Origin: Nitrospirota bacterium
GTDB taxonomy: Bacteria; Nitrospirota; Thermodesulfovibrionia; Thermodesulfovibrionales; JdFR-86
Reading direction: 5' to 3'
DNA length: 64,000 bases
NCBI GenBank assembly: GCA_963721805.1
Contig: CAVRJY010000002.1
Location: 96,001-160,000 of the forward strand
Every line of letters begins with the position of its first letter. Position 1 is the first letter of the stretch. The notes under the pieces were generated by a model that searched no databases, had not been told where the DNA came from, and was given only the letters and a program-made list of their open reading frames with translations. The translations under genes and the position numbers were made by a program. This document shows, in pieces, positions 61,988-64,000 of the stretch.

Positions 61988-62824
61988 CTAGCGGCTGGGC
62001 GGGAACACGAGGCTGAACGTCGTCCAGCCCTCCGAGCCCGAGACCTCGAGCCTGCCCCCGAGCTGTCCGGCCAGGCTCTCGACTATCGTCAGCCCTATGC
62101 CGGGCCCCTCCGCCAGTTCGAACCCGCCCGGCAGCCCCTTGCCGTTGTCCGAGATCGTGTAGCTCAGCATGCCGTCCGGGAGCCTGCGGAGCGTCAGGCG
62201 TATCCGCGGGCTCGCGTGGCCCTCGAAGGCGTGCAGCAGGGCGTTGGTCAGGGTCTCGTTTATCACGAGCCCAAGCGGGATGAGCGTATCCATGTCGAGG
62301 CTGAGCTGCTCGACGTCGAGCGCGATGTCCGTGTCCCGCTGCGCGGGCAAGGAGCCCCGGACCTCCTCGACGAGCGAGAGGATATAGTCCTTCGCGTCTA
62401 TCGCGGCGACGTCCCCTTTTTCATATAGCTTGTTGTGCACGAGGGCCATCGAGCGAATGCGGCCCCGGCTTTTTTTGAGCAGCTCGCGGCAGGCCCCGTC
62501 GCCGGCCGAGCGGGCCTGCATGCTCAGGAGCGAGTCTATGACCGCGAGGTTGTTCTTCACGCGGTGGTGGACCTCCTGCAGCAGGAGGACCTTCTCTTTG
62601 AGCGCGGCCTCGATGTGGCTGGCGTACCTGGTGATGAGGACGTAGAGCAGCCACGAGGTCACGGCCACGTAGACCCAGCCCTTGAGCACCGCGAGCCGGG
62701 TCATCGTCTCCGGGGAGCGGGAGATGAGGGGGAGCATAGAGTCCGAGAGCAGGATCCAGAGCCCCCCGACCACAGCGTAGATCAATACGATGGATAATGG
62801 CCCAAGCGCCCCCCGTTTGCCCAT
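61988..62824 (-). CDS. Membrane sensor kinase, HisKA_2 type
   Basis: Two TM helices, EVHHRVKNNL, NETLTNALLHAF, DNGKG. Confidence 0.88.
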   Translation of the reverse strand: MGKRGALGPLSIVLIYAVVGGLWILLSDSMLPLISRSPETMTRLAVLKGWVYVAVTSWLLYVLITRYASHIEAALKEKVLLLQEVHHRVKNNLAVIDSLLSMQARSAGDGACRELLKKSRGRIRSMALVHNKLYEKGDVAAIDAKDYILSLVEEVRGSLPAQRDTDIALDVEQLSLDMDTLIPLGLVINETLTNALLHAFEGHASPRIRLTLRRLPDGMLSYTISDNGKGLPGGFELAEGPGIGLTIVESLAGQLGGRLEVSGSEGWTTFSLVFPPSR

Positions 62825-62913
62825 AGGATATCGTATCACAAAGCGTAGCGCGCAGGGCAATGCAGGTGCGCCGGTCGATTTATAATCCGCGCCCCGATTG
62901 GTTATAATCAGTC

Positions 62914-64000
62914 ATGTTGATGGAACATATTCACAGGACGATCCTCAACAACATGAGCGAGGCCGTATACGTCGTAGACCGCGGCCTCAGGATCACCTAC
63001 GCAAACCCCGCCGCCGAGACGCTCACCGGTTACGGCCATGACGAATCAGTCGGCACGATGTGCCACGACATATTTTGCGAGAGGTCCTTCAGGTGCGCCT
63101 CGGGCTGCCCGCCCCGCACCGCGATCGAGACCGCGACGCCCATCCTGCACCGCGAGGCCGAGACCAAGACCCGCTCCGGAGAGGTGCGGCAGACCCAGAT
63201 CTCGATATCACCGTTTTTCGAGCGCGGCGAGTGCCAGGGCGCGGTCATCGTAATCAAGGACATAACGGAACTGCGCCAGGCCGAGGAGTCCGTAAAGAGG
63301 CAGAACAAGTTCCTCACCACGGTCATCGACTCGCTGCCGCACCCGTTTTGCGTCATCGACGCCGAGAGCCTCGAGGTGAAGGCGGCCAACGCCGCGGCAT
63401 GCGACGGCCCCATCCCCGGTGGGCTAAAATGCTACGAGATGTCGCACCACAGCACCGAGCCGTGCTCGGGCAGAGAGCACCCCTGCCCCTGCCGCGAGGT
63501 CAGGGTCCACAAGCTTCCGGTGGTCGTCGAGCACACGCACGTCGGCCACGACGGCATCGAAACGACCGTGGAGGTCCACGGCGTGCCGGTCTTTGACGAG
63601 CGGCAGCACGTCCGCGAGATCATCGAATACAGCCTCGATGTCTCGGAGCGCAAGAGGTTTGAGAAGAACCTCAAGCACCTCGCGTACTTCGACCAGCTTA
63701 CGGGGGTGGCCAACCGCACGCTTTTTTTCGACAGGCTCGGCCACGAGATCAAGGGAGCGGCAAGAAACTCGCGCATGCTCGCGGTGCTGTTTATGGACCT
63801 GGACCGTTTTAAGGCCGTAAACGACTCGTTCGGACACGACGCCGGCGACCTGCTGCTTAAGGAGTCCGCCGAAAGGATCGCGTCGTGCCTGCGCGCCTCT
63901 GACACCCTCGCCCGTATCGGCGGCGACGAGTTCGCGGTAATCTTGTCTGAGATTAAAAACCCTCTCGACGCCAAGCTGGTTGCGAAGAAGATCGCGGGGG
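62914..64000 (+). CDS. PAS-PAS-GGDEF diguanylate cyclase, truncated by the window end
   Basis: Open frame from ATG 62914 (ILNNMSEAVYVVD...YANPAA) through DQLTGVANR and RIGGDEF; absent from the ORF track because it has no stop in the window. Confidence 0.9.
   Translation, partial: MLMEHIHRTILNNMSEAVYVVDRGLRITYANPAAETLTGYGHDESVGTMCHDIFCERSFRCASGCPPRTAIETATPILHREAETKTRSGEVRQTQISISPFFERGECQGAVIVIKDITELRQAEESVKRQNKFLTTVIDSLPHPFCVIDAESLEVKAANAAACDGPIPGGLKCYEMSHHSTEPCSGREHPCPCREVRVHKLPVVVEHTHVGHDGIETTVEVHGVPVFDERQHVREIIEYSLDVSERKRFEKNLKHLAYFDQLTGVANRTLFFDRLGHEIKGAARNSRMLAVLFMDLDRFKAVNDSFGHDAGDLLLKESAERIASCLRASDTLARIGGDEFAVILSEIKNPLDAKLVAKKIAG

Overview
High-GC (by eye about 60-65%) bacterial chromosomal window. 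Gene content and order (cysE-cysS-rlmB, isolated atpB-atpE, HisKA_2 kinases, palindromic intergenic repeats) suggest Nitrospirota or a Desulfobacterota-like lineage; this is inference. It holds envelope genes (murJ, lptF/lptG, two outer-membrane barrels), rarA, a sigma54-type TauE/TIGR02186/USP operon, AmmeMemoRadiSam radical SAM, an IS481 element next to a low-GC BsuBI/PstI-type restriction-modification pair and a RelE-type toxin-antitoxin pair, and a complete Rrf2-led cbb3 oxidase operon with maturation genes. It also holds tRNA-Leu(CAG), an ABC efflux system, a CDF transporter, a cysE-cysS in-frame fusion, bioA, partial T2SS genes, glgB, several sensor kinases and diguanylate cyclases, and atpBE. 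Many genes, including essential ones, carry single-base frameshifts that look like sequencing indels. The strongest novel signal is a Tat-exported, Cys-free, His-rich protein (32309-33166) interrupted by one in-frame TGA followed by a SECIS-like hairpin, i.e. a candidate selenoprotein of a family I do not recognise. Other leads: a dispersed ~125-180 bp palindromic repeat family, two copies of which bracket a low-GC orphan gene; three tandem 24-bp mini-ORFs chained in frame to murJ; and pervasive leaderless gene starts.
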